27,263 nucleotides of DNA from Mycoplasmatota bacterium (lineage in GTDB: Bacteria > Bacillota_I > Bacilli_A > RF39 > UBA660). The notes under the pieces are model-generated. The model saw only the letters and a program-made list of their open reading frames with translations. It had not been told where the DNA came from and did not search any database. Of this stretch, positions 1 through 9,649 are shown piece by piece (positions within the stretch are counted from its first letter, which is position 1; each line of letters begins with the position of its first letter). The stretch lies in contig JAAZDL010000138.1 of assembly GCA_012512795.1 (NCBI GenBank), positions 1-27,263 on the forward strand. The letters are read 5' to 3'. The translations under genes and the position numbers were made by a program.

Positions 1-177
1 GTACCAAACAATTATTAAGGAGATTATCGCATAGAGCACGCTTACAATACTTGATCTGGATCAATATTTCTTTTTATTCAGGCTTCATTTGTTAACTTGC
101 AAAAATGATTTGCCAAACCGAGGATTGTCGATTACAATGAATAGCGCTTCGGTCAAACACTTCTTTGCCAAGTACAT

Positions 178-251
178 GCAGGTGTAGTTTAGTGGTAGAA
201 CTTCAGCCTTCCAAGCTGACCGTGTGGGTTCGATTCCCATCACCTGCTCCA
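178..251 (+). tRNA. tRNA-Gly (anticodon TCC)
   Basis: GCAGGTG/CACCTGC acceptor stem, TCAGC-CT-TCC-AA-GCTGA anticodon arm, GTGGG-TTCGATT-CCCAT T arm, encoded CCA; 74 nt. Confidence 0.97.
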
Positions 252-265
252 ATATTTAATATTTA

Positions 266-290
266 ATCGAACTTCTTAGTTCGTTTTTTT
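266..290 (+). terminator. Intrinsic terminator after tRNA-Gly
   Basis: CGAACT-TCTT-AGTTCG hairpin followed by T7. Confidence 0.85.
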
Positions 291-456
291 ATGACTTAAA
301 TTAAAACAACTGAAAAGTAACCAAATCTATATGAAACATTAATTTGTAATACACTTATTCAATGCTCCAAATTCAAAATATATTAACTTAATGCTTTTTT
401 TGATTAAATTATAAATATATAATAATTATAAGAACTAGTATTATTTATCTTGAAAA

Positions 457-465
457 TGCTATAAT
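457..465 (+). promoter_or_regulatory. Extended -10 promoter (TGcTATAAT) for the 496 ORF
   Basis: TG-n-TATAAT upstream of a GGAGG SD (482-486) and ATG 496. Confidence 0.6.
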
Positions 466-495
466 TAATATATATATTTATGGAGGTAATATCAT

Positions 496-1653
496 ATGAA
501 ACCAATAAACTTATATAGAGGTATTGTCATATCTTATGATGAATTAGAAAATTTTGATTTAGTAAATGCTGATTTAGTTGTACCTTATGATCCTATTGTA
601 GATGAAGATGGAAATAAAACAGTCCTTGATGGAAATGAGTATGGCGTATATATGACTGATAATCCAAATATGGTAAATGATGTATATGGTAATGTGCATA
701 ATGATGGGAAACCAGTACAAGGTGGAATTACAATTGGTTTTCAAAGACAACCGATACTTATACCAAGTGTCGGCATATCATATGAAATTTCTACTCAAGA
801 CTTAAATGTTCATAAACCAAAAATAGCTAGTTTTTTAAAAGGACATTATAATAACGGTTTTCAAGGTAATGAGTGGATTGCTGATAAGATACCTTACAAT
901 AATTATAAAGTATATAGAATTAGAATTGGATCAGATATTCTTCACCCTGCTGAAGACATAAATATAATTGATAACAATATTGAGGAAGCTAAAAAAGAAG
1001 CACTTAAAAATATACAAATGAGAAAAAATAGATTAGTATCACTAGTAAATGAATTATCAAAAATGACACCAGTTCAAAGAAACAACATCTCTTCTCTTGA
1101 ATTAGATGTTCTTAAGGCTATTTACGGGAAAGATGGAGTTAGATATATAAACAATGATACAATAGATACTTCTAATAATATCGGAAGAATAAAACACTTG
1201 ATGGCTACTTTTTATAATAATGAAAATAGAATAATAAACTTTTCAGTTTTAGGATACATTGAAGATATAAATAAAAAACTATCAAAAACTGAAAATTCTA
1301 ACTTATTTGAAACATTAGAGCAAATTGTATTAAATGATATACAAAATATGTTAGATAAAAAAAATAACTTTGTTCAGAAAAAAATGAATGAAGGTGTTGA
1401 ATTTTCAACTAAATATTTTGATAGTAAAGTAGAAACAATGAGGAGTATATTGAAAATTCTATTGACAACTAAAATCAAAGACGAAAAACAAATTGAAATA
1501 GATAATTTAAACCCACAACTTACTCCAAAAAATAAAAGAGTTTTAAAAGAGCAAGAAACACAAAAAAATAATGATTTTAGATACAATGAAAATGCAGAAG
1601 ATAATCAAGAAAATATCTATGATGAAGAACAAGAACATAGAATGTTATTATAA
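496..1653 (+). CDS. Hypothetical protein, 385 aa; putative ADP-ribosyltransferase-like N-terminal domain plus helical C-terminal region
   Basis: Long ORF with strong SD; LYRG...GVYMTD...YEI...NEWIADKIP motif order; acidic low-complexity tail. CDS is secure, the fold call is tentative. Confidence 0.85.
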   Translation: MKPINLYRGIVISYDELENFDLVNADLVVPYDPIVDEDGNKTVLDGNEYGVYMTDNPNMVNDVYGNVHNDGKPVQGGITIGFQRQPILIPSVGISYEISTQDLNVHKPKIASFLKGHYNNGFQGNEWIADKIPYNNYKVYRIRIGSDILHPAEDINIIDNNIEEAKKEALKNIQMRKNRLVSLVNELSKMTPVQRNNISSLELDVLKAIYGKDGVRYINNDTIDTSNNIGRIKHLMATFYNNENRIINFSVLGYIEDINKKLSKTENSNLFETLEQIVLNDIQNMLDKKNNFVQKKMNEGVEFSTKYFDSKVETMRSILKILLTTKIKDEKQIEIDNLNPQLTPKNKRVLKEQETQKNNDFRYNENAEDNQENIYDEEQEHRMLL

Positions 1654-1665
1654 TTTATGTCATTT

Positions 1666-1690
1666 AAAAAACTGATTTTATTCAGTTTTT
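1666..1690. terminator. Bidirectional intrinsic terminator
   Basis: AAAAAACTGA-TTTTAT-TCAGTTTTT between convergent genes. Confidence 0.75.
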
Positions 1691-2529
1691 ATTTCTTTAT
1701 ATACATCATAACTACTTTTGGATTGCTCTATGATTGTACTTAATATTTCATCTTCCATTGAAGAACCAAACCCTACAAAAGATTTGTTCCCAATAATTAT
1801 ATAAGGGACACCTTTTACTGTTTCTCCTAATACTGAAGAAAATTGATTTAAAATATTAACATTTTTCTCATTAAACCATACTTCAAAGTAATAAATATTA
1901 TAATACTTGCTATATTCTTCTTTTATACTTTCTAAAAAGCGAAATTCTTCTTCACATCTAGGACAACCGTTTCCCCAAAAGAAGTATAAATTAACTTTAT
2001 TATCTTCAAAAGTTATATCTTCCAATTTAGAGTTTTCAGTTATTATAGTTTTATTATCTTCTTTTTTATCATTTAGTGATACGTATTTAGTAAACCATTT
2101 TTTAAACCCTGATACTGATTTATAATAATCTAAATCTTTATCGTTATTAGCATCTAAATATGCTACTGCTTCACCTTTACTATATATAACAGCAGTCGGA
2201 TAATATTTAATACAATTATTCATATCCGTGCTTTCTATATTTGAAAATTGCATTTTATAAAAACTTATTTTATAAGTATTTGAAAACTCAGTTAAAATAT
2301 CATTAAATTCATATGAAGCTGCACAAAGTGGTTGATATATAAATACTATAAAAGATGATTTATCATTTTCTAATTTTTTAAATTCATCACTATTTATTTC
2401 AACAATATTACTAACACCATAATATTCACTATCTAAATATACAGTATCTTTTTTAAATATTTTAAAAAATAAAATTATTGAAGACAATAGTAATACAAAT
2501 ATTATAAGTGCCAATAATATTTTTTTCAT
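1678..2529 (-). CDS. Membrane-anchored protein with two thioredoxin-like domains
   Basis: N-terminal KK plus hydrophobic segment; domain 1 QPLCAAS (CxxS) with YYPT; domain 2 WGNGCPRC (CxxC) with GVPY. Confidence 0.8.
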   Translation of the reverse strand: MKKILLALIIFVLLLSSIILFFKIFKKDTVYLDSEYYGVSNIVEINSDEFKKLENDKSSFIVFIYQPLCAASYEFNDILTEFSNTYKISFYKMQFSNIESTDMNNCIKYYPTAVIYSKGEAVAYLDANNDKDLDYYKSVSGFKKWFTKYVSLNDKKEDNKTIITENSKLEDITFEDNKVNLYFFWGNGCPRCEEEFRFLESIKEEYSKYYNIYYFEVWFNEKNVNILNQFSSVLGETVKGVPYIIIGNKSFVGFGSSMEDEILSTIIEQSKSSYDVYKEIKTE

Positions 2530-3179
2530 TATTTTACCTCATGCATAGTTTCTATATCAATATCGTGATAAGTAATTTTCCAAAAATCATACACAACTTT
2601 TCCATCTAATGTGTTTTTAACATGAACATTATTGTTTCCTTTATAAAACCAGTACCCACCTACATTATAAATTTTAGTTTTATCCCATCCAAGTGCTACT
2701 AGCATATTTTTCATCATGAAAGAATATCCACCACCTCCACACATTAAGAAAATATTTTTATCTTTTGGAAAGTAATATTCTAAGTATTCCATAGATTCTT
2801 TATAATTTGCAATATATTTTCCTTCATCATTTAATGTAAACAATGTTTTGCCAGTATAGCTATCTCCTACTTCTTCAGGAAGTCCAGTTACATTTACTAG
2901 TATTGGAAAAGGTATAGCTTCAAATCCTTTTACAAAACCTGATAAGTAAGAATCCCCACCTATTGCTTCATAATCTCCTGGATCTTCTAACATTCTCATA
3001 TCTCTATAAACAGTATCTTCTCTATTTAAATAATTATCAATTGTCTCCTCGTTTATATTTTTATCAATGCCGAAAGTCCCCCTTAAACCATCAGTTGCCT
3101 CTGGCTTAGGTAACGCTTTGTTTGAACAACCACATAAAAATAATAATACTATTGTGATTGCAAGTAATGTTTTTTTCAT
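2529..3179 (-). CDS. Rhodanese-like domain lipoprotein
   Basis: Lipobox-like LCGC after the signal peptide; YRDMR, GFVKGF and FLMCGGGGYS active loop, then VYNVGG-type motif (IYNVGG); stop/start overlap with the trx gene. Confidence 0.75.
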   Translation of the reverse strand: MKKTLLAITIVLLFLCGCSNKALPKPEATDGLRGTFGIDKNINEETIDNYLNREDTVYRDMRMLEDPGDYEAIGGDSYLSGFVKGFEAIPFPILVNVTGLPEEVGDSYTGKTLFTLNDEGKYIANYKESMEYLEYYFPKDKNIFLMCGGGGYSFMMKNMLVALGWDKTKIYNVGGYWFYKGNNNVHVKNTLDGKVVYDFWKITYHDIDIETMHEVK

Positions 3180-3198
3180 ATTTTTCTCCTTTTAAATA

Positions 3199-3227
3199 AT
3201 TTTATCTTTATTTATATTATTTTACAA
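3199..3227 (-). promoter_or_regulatory. Sigma-A-type promoter for the rhodanese/thioredoxin pair
   Basis: TTGTAA-17 nt-TAAAAT on the minus strand, followed by an AAGGAG SD. Confidence 0.55.
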
Positions 3228-3266
3228 TAAATTTATAGTTGATTTAACTCAACAATTAGTTGAGTT

Positions 3267-3968
3267 TTAATTTTGACAATCACTATCTAAATTTATTGGT
3301 ACTTTGTAAGTAATAACTTTATCATTAAGATCTGTAGCATTTATTTGTAAATATATTTTAGCTTCTTTAAAACTACTACAACTTGTTGAATATTTATCTA
3401 TGTTAAATCGTATATTTTTTAGGTATTCATCTAAAGTAGTTTCATTTGTATTTTCTGTTTTACATTGATCAATTTTAACTTCTACATTACCATTTTCTTC
3501 ATACAACACACATTCAATATTTTTATATTTATCATTTTTCTCTGAACCACAATAATTAATACTAGAAATGTATATAGAAGATTTTTCTTTATTATAAGCA
3601 GCTATACCACTTATATCAAAGTTTTCACATGTAGACGATAAAGTTTTAAATTCATAATCTTTTGTACTTACTTTATAAAATAATATTATACTTAGTACTA
3701 ATAAAATAACTAAGATAAAGTATGTTATTAAATTATTTGTTCTTTTGTTTTTCTTGCTTATTCTTTTACCTTCTAATATCTCATTAATATCTACATTAAA
3801 CTCTTTACTTATTTCTTTTAATATTGATATATCTGGTATATTTTTACCATTTTCCCATTTTGAAACTGCTTGAAAAGTTACACCTAGTTTTTTTGCTAAT
3901 TCTTGTTGTGTTAGATTATTTTGTTTTCTTATATATTTAATAAATTTTCCAATTTTATCTTGATCCAT
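3267..3968 (-). CDS. XRE/Cro-C1 helix-turn-helix regulator with a TM helix and a Cys-rich C-terminal domain
   Basis: IRKQNNLTQQELAKKLGVTFQAVSKWENGKNIPD; one hydrophobic helix; GGAGG SD. Confidence 0.9.
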   Translation of the reverse strand: MDQDKIGKFIKYIRKQNNLTQQELAKKLGVTFQAVSKWENGKNIPDISILKEISKEFNVDINEILEGKRISKKNKRTNNLITYFILVILLVLSIILFYKVSTKDYEFKTLSSTCENFDISGIAAYNKEKSSIYISSINYCGSEKNDKYKNIECVLYEENGNVEVKIDQCKTENTNETTLDEYLKNIRFNIDKYSTSCSSFKEAKIYLQINATDLNDKVITYKVPINLDSDCQN

Positions 3969-4074
3969 AATATTCCTCCTTACTTAAAGGTATATATTTA
4001 ATTATATCATTTTTTTTGATATTTGTTTATTACATATAATAATCATATAAAAGTATTAATTTTAATTAAAAAGA

Positions 4075-4083
4075 TGTTATAAT
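4075..4083 (+). promoter_or_regulatory. Extended -10 promoter (TGtTATAAT) for the ABC operon
   Basis: TG-n-TATAAT about 35 nt upstream of ATG 4119. Confidence 0.55.
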
Positions 4084-4118
4084 AAACTTGAAGAAAATAA
4101 TGGGAAGGAAGTGACTAT

Positions 4119-4817
4119 ATGTATATAGAACTTAGAAAAGTTAGTAAGAATTATGTAATGGGAGATATTACTATAGTAGCTGCGGATAAAGTATCATTTG
4201 GAATTGAAAAAGGTGAATTAGCAGTTGTTCTTGGACCTTCAGGTGCTGGAAAAACTACCGTACTTAATATTTTAGGTGGTATGGACACTTGTGATTCAGG
4301 AAATATAATTGTTGATGGTAAAGATATTTCAACATATTCAAGTCATGATTTAACTAAATATAGAAGAAATGATATTGGTTTTGTTTTTCAATTTTATAAT
4401 TTAGTTCAAAATTTAACTTCTCTTGAAAACATAGAATTAACTAATCAAATTTGCAAAAATACTATACCTGCTACTGAAGTTCTCACTAGTGTTGGATTAA
4501 AAGATAGAATGAATAACTTTCCTTCACAATTATCTGGTGGAGAGCAACAAAGAGTTGCCATAGCAAGAGCACTTGCTAAGAAACCAAAATTGCTTCTATG
4601 TGATGAGCCAACCGGAGCACTTGATTCAAAAACAGGTCAAAAAGTATTGGAAGTATTACAAAACACTTGTAAAGAATATGGTATAACTGTTGTAATAATA
4701 ACTCATAACTCTGCTATTGCTGGAATAGCTAATAGAGTTATAAAAATGAGAAACGGAAGTGTATCAGAAATAATAGTAAATGAAAATCCATTAAAAATAA
4801 AGGAGATTAATTGGTAA
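4119..4817 (+). CDS. ABC transporter ATP-binding protein (LolD/MacB/SalX-like)
   Basis: [33 protein letters not shown]. Confidence 0.95.
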   Translation: MYIELRKVSKNYVMGDITIVAADKVSFGIEKGELAVVLGPSGAGKTTVLNILGGMDTCDSGNIIVDGKDISTYSSHDLTKYRRNDIGFVFQFYNLVQNLTSLENIELTNQICKNTIPATEVLTSVGLKDRMNNFPSQLSGGEQQRVAIARALAKKPKLLLCDEPTGALDSKTGQKVLEVLQNTCKEYGITVVIITHNSAIAGIANRVIKMRNGSVSEIIVNENPLKIKEINW

Positions 4818-7777
4818 TGAAACTTTTACTAAAAAATACTATTAGAAAGATAAAGAAGTCTTTTGGTAGATTTCTTTCAATAATGTTTATTATTGCTCTT
4901 GGAATAAGTGTTTTTATGGGACTTAGAGAGTCTACTGCTGGTATGCTTTATACGGCAGATAATTATTATGATGAACATAATCTAATGGACTTTAAAATAG
5001 TTAGTACTCATGGATTTACAAAAGATGATATAACTTCTATTAAAAGATTAGTTAACATTAAAAACGTTATACCTTCCTACTCTATAGATGTACTTAACAA
5101 TGGGGAATCTATAAGAGTTCATGCTATTGAAGAAAACATAAATAATGTAATTCTTGTAGAAGGTAACATGCCTAATAATAACAACGAATGTGTTGCAGAT
5201 TATTACAAATTTAAATTAAATGATACAGTTACTTTTGAAAACGATGATTTAGAAGATATCTTATCAGTTTCAAAATGTAAAGTAGTAGGACTTATAAAGT
5301 CAGTTCTTTATGTTAGAGATGAAAAAGGAATATCAAATACAGGCAACGGTAAATTATCATCTTTTGTATTTATAAATAAAGATGCTTTTATATCAGAATA
5401 TTATACTGAAGTTTACATAGAATCAAAAAACTCTAAAGAAAGTAATTCTTATTTTAGTGATTATGATGATGCGGTAATTCCTTTAAAGAAAGAACTAGAA
5501 GCACTAAAACCAATAAGAGAAACTATTAGATACGAAGAAATATTAAAAGAAGCTAACGATAAAATAATAGAAATTCAAAATGAAATAGATAAAGAAGTAA
5601 AAACATCACAAAATAAGTTGGATGATGCAAAAAAAGAATTGGATGAAGGCAAAGAAAAACTGGAGTCTAATAAAAATAAAGGTTTAAAAGAAATTGAAAA
5701 TAATAGAAAAAAATTAAATCAAAGTAAGAATGATCTTCTAAGCGCTCTAAGCAGTGCTGGAATCCAAGAAAAAGATTTAAATAACTATATTTCTAGTTTA
5801 TTAAATACAATTAATAGTTTAAAAGAACAACTTACTTTCTTAGATGAAACAAGTGATGAATATACTTACTTAAGTACTCAAATAACTGAACTTGAAAAAA
5901 ATTATAATAATCTAATAATGATTCGTAAAAGTTTAGAAGAAGTTAATAAAGGACTCGTTACTTTAGAAAATAGTTATAATACTTTTAAAAACACTATTGA
6001 TAAAGAAGAGAAAAAACTAGAAGAAGGATATACTTCATATGAAAAAGGAATAAAAGAACTTAGTGAAGCAAAAGAAGATGCTAATAAAAAAATAGAAGAT
6101 GCTAAAGAAGAATTAGAAAAAATTGAAAAACCTGTATGGTACTTACTCGATAGAACTGACAATAGTGGATATATAAGCTACAAAGAAGATATTGTTAAAG
6201 TGGATGCTATTGCTAAAATATTACCTATATTTTTTATAATAATTGTTGTATTAATGATTTTAAATACACTTACAAGACTAATCGAAGAAGAAAGAACTGA
6301 AATGGGAATACTTCTTTCAAATGGGTTTAGTAAATCTAATATAATATTTAGTTATTTAGTATATGTTCTATCTGCAGGATTAATTGGACTTGAATTAGGA
6401 TTAACTATTGGTTATAGTATTATACCTAAAATAATATATAGTGTTTTTTTGGCTAGATACTATGTACCTAAACTTATAACAGTTGTTAGTCCATTGCCTT
6501 TTTCTCTTGTCATTACAATAACTATAGCAATAGTAGTAATAGTAACCGTTATATCTTGTATGAAAGAGTTAAAAGAAGTACCTGCTAATCTCCTTAGAAT
6601 GAAACCACCAAAAACTGGTAAAAAAGTTTTCGCAGAAAGATTAGACTTCTTATGGAGAAGATTAAACTTTATGGGAAAAACTACTATAAGAAATTTATTT
6701 AGATATAAAAAAAGAATTGTTATGACAGTTCTAGGTGTTGCAGGTTGTACAGCTTTATTAGTAGCAGGTATGGGAATTAACGATAGTATTAATACAATTT
6801 CTAAACTTCAATATAAAGATATATTAAAATATGATGCTATGTATATTTTAAAAAAGGAATCTACAGAAATACCTGATTCTTTAAATAAACTATTTGAAAA
6901 AAAGAACATTACTAATCCACTTCTTGTTAATCAAAATGCATATACATTTAGTTTTGATAACAAAACAGAAGATGTGTATGTAGTAGTTCCTAAGGATACT
7001 ATAAACTTTAAGAATTATTTTAACCTAACAAGTACAATAAGTGAAGAAAAAATATCTATACCTGATGATGGGGCTGTTATTACAAATCAACTAGCCGATC
7101 ATTTAAAAGTAAAAGTTGGAGATAGTATAAATATTAGAAACAGTGACAACGAATTAGTTATACTACGTGTTTCTGATATTGTATACAATTATGTTTCACA
7201 TTATATTTATATAAACGAGAAATATTATAACGAAATATTTGAAGAAGAAATACTATATAATAGTGTAATAGCAAATGGAAAAGTTGATGATAATATAAAA
7301 CTTAGTGATTATAATTTGTTAATAATAAATTACACAAAAGATATTGTTAAAACTTTCGATAGTTTCGTTAATGGATTAAATAAAATAATAATTATGATAG
7401 TGGTATTTGCTTGTTTCTTAGCATTCATTGTTTTATACAATCTTACAATAATAAATTTAAGCGAAAGAAAAAGAGAAATAGCTACATTTAAAGTATTAGG
7501 GTTCTACGATAAAGAAATATCTACTTTTGTATATAGAGAAACTTTAATACTAACTATATTTGGAATACTTTTCGGATTAGTTCTTGGCATTTATTTACAT
7601 CAATTTATAATAACAACAGCTGAGACAGATAATATTATGTTCTTAAGAGAAATAAAGCCTTTAAGTTATGTAATATCAGCTTTAATTACAATTGTGTTTT
7701 CATTTATAGTTCAAATAATATTAAAAAAATCATTAAGAAAAATTGATATGATTGATTCTTTAAAGTCTATTGAATAA
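4817..7777 (+). CDS. FtsX/MacB-like ABC permease with a large extracytoplasmic coiled coil
   Basis: Two FtsX-type TM blocks (TRLIEEERTEMGIL; SERKREIATFKVLG) and an EK-rich coiled coil; ATG overlaps the ATPase stop (TAATG), so start moved from 4811 to 4817. Confidence 0.92.
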   Translation: MKLLLKNTIRKIKKSFGRFLSIMFIIALGISVFMGLRESTAGMLYTADNYYDEHNLMDFKIVSTHGFTKDDITSIKRLVNIKNVIPSYSIDVLNNGESIRVHAIEENINNVILVEGNMPNNNNECVADYYKFKLNDTVTFENDDLEDILSVSKCKVVGLIKSVLYVRDEKGISNTGNGKLSSFVFINKDAFISEYYTEVYIESKNSKESNSYFSDYDDAVIPLKKELEALKPIRETIRYEEILKEANDKIIEIQNEIDKEVKTSQNKLDDAKKELDEGKEKLESNKNKGLKEIENNRKKLNQSKNDLLSALSSAGIQEKDLNNYISSLLNTINSLKEQLTFLDETSDEYTYLSTQITELEKNYNNLIMIRKSLEEVNKGLVTLENSYNTFKNTIDKEEKKLEEGYTSYEKGIKELSEAKEDANKKIEDAKEELEKIEKPVWYLLDRTDNSGYISYKEDIVKVDAIAKILPIFFIIIVVLMILNTLTRLIEEERTEMGILLSNGFSKSNIIFSYLVYVLSAGLIGLELGLTIGYSIIPKIIYSVFLARYYVPKLITVVSPLPFSLVITITIAIVVIVTVISCMKELKEVPANLLRMKPPKTGKKVFAERLDFLWRRLNFMGKTTIRNLFRYKKRIVMTVLGVAGCTALLVAGMGINDSINTISKLQYKDILKYDAMYILKKESTEIPDSLNKLFEKKNITNPLLVNQNAYTFSFDNKTEDVYVVVPKDTINFKNYFNLTSTISEEKISIPDDGAVITNQLADHLKVKVGDSINIRNSDNELVILRVSDIVYNYVSHYIYINEKYYNEIFEEEILYNSVIANGKVDDNIKLSDYNLLIINYTKDIVKTFDSFVNGLNKIIIMIVVFACFLAFIVLYNLTIINLSERKREIATFKVLGFYDKEISTFVYRETLILTIFGILFGLVLGIYLHQFIITTAETDNIMFLREIKPLSYVISALITIVFSFIVQIILKKSLRKIDMIDSLKSIE

Positions 7778-7803
7778 TAAAGTAATTAAAAAAGATAATA
7801 TAG

Positions 7804-8004
7804 TTACTTACTATCTTGTCTTTTTTGTTTATACACAATTATTTTTTGTTCTAATATTCTAAGTCTTTTTTCTAAAGAGTCTTCAATTACTTCATTAGTC
7901 AAATAACCAATACATTCAAAAGCAAAAGATTTATCTTTATTATCTCCATTTTGCAATTCAAGAAGTTGAGCATATATTTTTTCTTCTTTATTTTGTACGT
8001 CCAT
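7804..8004 (-). CDS. Small hypothetical protein, 66 aa
   Basis: AAGGAG SD at 8015-8020; 17-nt overlap with the upstream gene. Confidence 0.65.
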   Translation of the reverse strand: MDVQNKEEKIYAQLLELQNGDNKDKSFAFECIGYLTNEVIEDSLEKRLRILEQKIIVYKQKRQDSK

Positions 8005-9649
8005 CTTTATTTTTCTCCTTATTTACTTCATCATCTAAATAGTTAGTCACATAGTCATTCATTATAAAGTTAATAGTTTCTCTTTGTCTATATAATAAGT
8101 TTATATTATCAGTTTCATTATTTAATATATCATTTATTATAATTTTGTTATCTTTGATAAAATTTTCTTTTAAAACATTTTTATTGATTAATAGTTTACC
8201 AATCAAATCAATATCGTATTCATCATAAATTATATTATTAAGAATTATCTTATCAAAAGCATCACCTATTTTAAGTATATTTAAAGAGTAGTTTATAAAG
8301 TCAATTTTGGTACTATTTTGAAATTCATTATACATACTAAGATAATTTTTAAGAACTATTTTTTTAGTTAAATTAGAAGGGTAATTTTCGTTTAATTGAA
8401 ACTCTCTATTAAAATTAACATCATCAGTTCTTATGTCATTTAAAATCATAAAAGTTTCTATTAAAGGAACTACTTCACTAATTTCATCTGTTATAAATAA
8501 ATAATCAGATGCTTCATTTAGACTTTCTTTATTTGCATCTACATTGTCTTCAGATTCATATCCTCTTGTTATAATTTTTGCTCTTTTAATTCCGTCAAAA
8601 TTTAAACCTTCACTATTAATAGCTTTTAAAAGACTTTGAATTTCTTTTTCATCTCTTATATATACAGCTGATGAACCTAGTTTTTGTGTTTCTCTTTCAG
8701 TTTTAATATTTAACCCATATCTTTTAACTAAACTAGTAGCTATAAAATTATGCATATGTACTTCAATATAGTAAGATAATTCTTTATCATCTATTATTAA
8801 CATATACTCAAACCCTTGTACAGCACCAGGTGTTTTAACTAATTCATAATTTACAACAGAAAACTTTTCATCTTGTGTTAATAATTGCCCTATCATAGTT
8901 GTGTAATTACTTTTAATTGAGAACATTTTACTTTGTAATGAAGCAAGATGTTTACCTTTGGTATATCGGTCTTTAAGATATGAATAAACTATCATTTCTC
9001 TATCTTCTAATATTTTTTCAAATTTCTTATTTATTTCTTCTTCATTCTTTTTATTAAAATTAACATTCAAAGACATTAATATACTTATTTTAGTATTTTT
9101 ATTTACACTTTCATTTTTAAATAAAATATTTAATATTTTATCAAATTGATAATCATTAGTTTTTTCTAAGTTATAAACATTACCTTTTAAAGGAGGCAAA
9201 ACATTTTCTACATCTTCAAAAAAAGTAAACGATCTTTCATCAAATTCAGACAAATATACAAAACTATAATACTTTTCAATTTTAGATTTTATACTTCTTA
9301 TATCTCCATCAAATATATGAGCACATTTATTTGATAATGCTAAAGATTTCAAACATGAAAAAACATTTTGTTTCTCTAAAACATTTTTAACTCTATCAGC
9401 CATAGAATCTATACTAATTAACTGAACTCTTTTGTTAGTTATTTTGTCTGTAATTGTAAGAAACTCTTCTATATTTTTTTCTTCATTTTTAATACCAGTA
9501 TCAAATGTCTTTGATATTGTAGCAATTTCTTTCAATAATAAATCTGCTTTTAATTGCATTTGACTACTATATAAAAGTTTTCCGTTATTATATGTAAAAA
9601 TATTTTTTAATTGATTTATCAAACTATCTATTTTTTTATCAAAATCCAT
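7988..9649 (-). CDS. Large soluble hypothetical protein (about 553 aa)
   Basis: Long ORF; GGAGG SD favours ATG 9649 over 9661; extended -10 TGATATAAT at 9688-9696; no family motif recognised. Confidence 0.85.
   Translation of the reverse strand: MDFDKKIDSLINQLKNIFTYNNGKLLYSSQMQLKADLLLKEIATISKTFDTGIKNEEKNIEEFLTITDKITNKRVQLISIDSMADRVKNVLEKQNVFSCLKSLALSNKCAHIFDGDIRSIKSKIEKYYSFVYLSEFDERSFTFFEDVENVLPPLKGNVYNLEKTNDYQFDKILNILFKNESVNKNTKISILMSLNVNFNKKNEEEINKKFEKILEDREMIVYSYLKDRYTKGKHLASLQSKMFSIKSNYTTMIGQLLTQDEKFSVVNYELVKTPGAVQGFEYMLIIDDKELSYYIEVHMHNFIATSLVKRYGLNIKTERETQKLGSSAVYIRDEKEIQSLLKAINSEGLNFDGIKRAKIITRGYESEDNVDANKESLNEASDYLFITDEISEVVPLIETFMILNDIRTDDVNFNREFQLNENYPSNLTKKIVLKNYLSMYNEFQNSTKIDFINYSLNILKIGDAFDKIILNNIIYDEYDIDLIGKLLINKNVLKENFIKDNKIIINDILNNETDNINLLYRQRETINFIMNDYVTNYLDDEVNKEKNKDGRTK

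Noticed and set aside
5500-6130. Quasi-repetitive E/K-rich sequence in the large permease
   Set aside because: Ordinary coiled-coil region typical of this FtsX-like family; no discrete tandem DNA repeat
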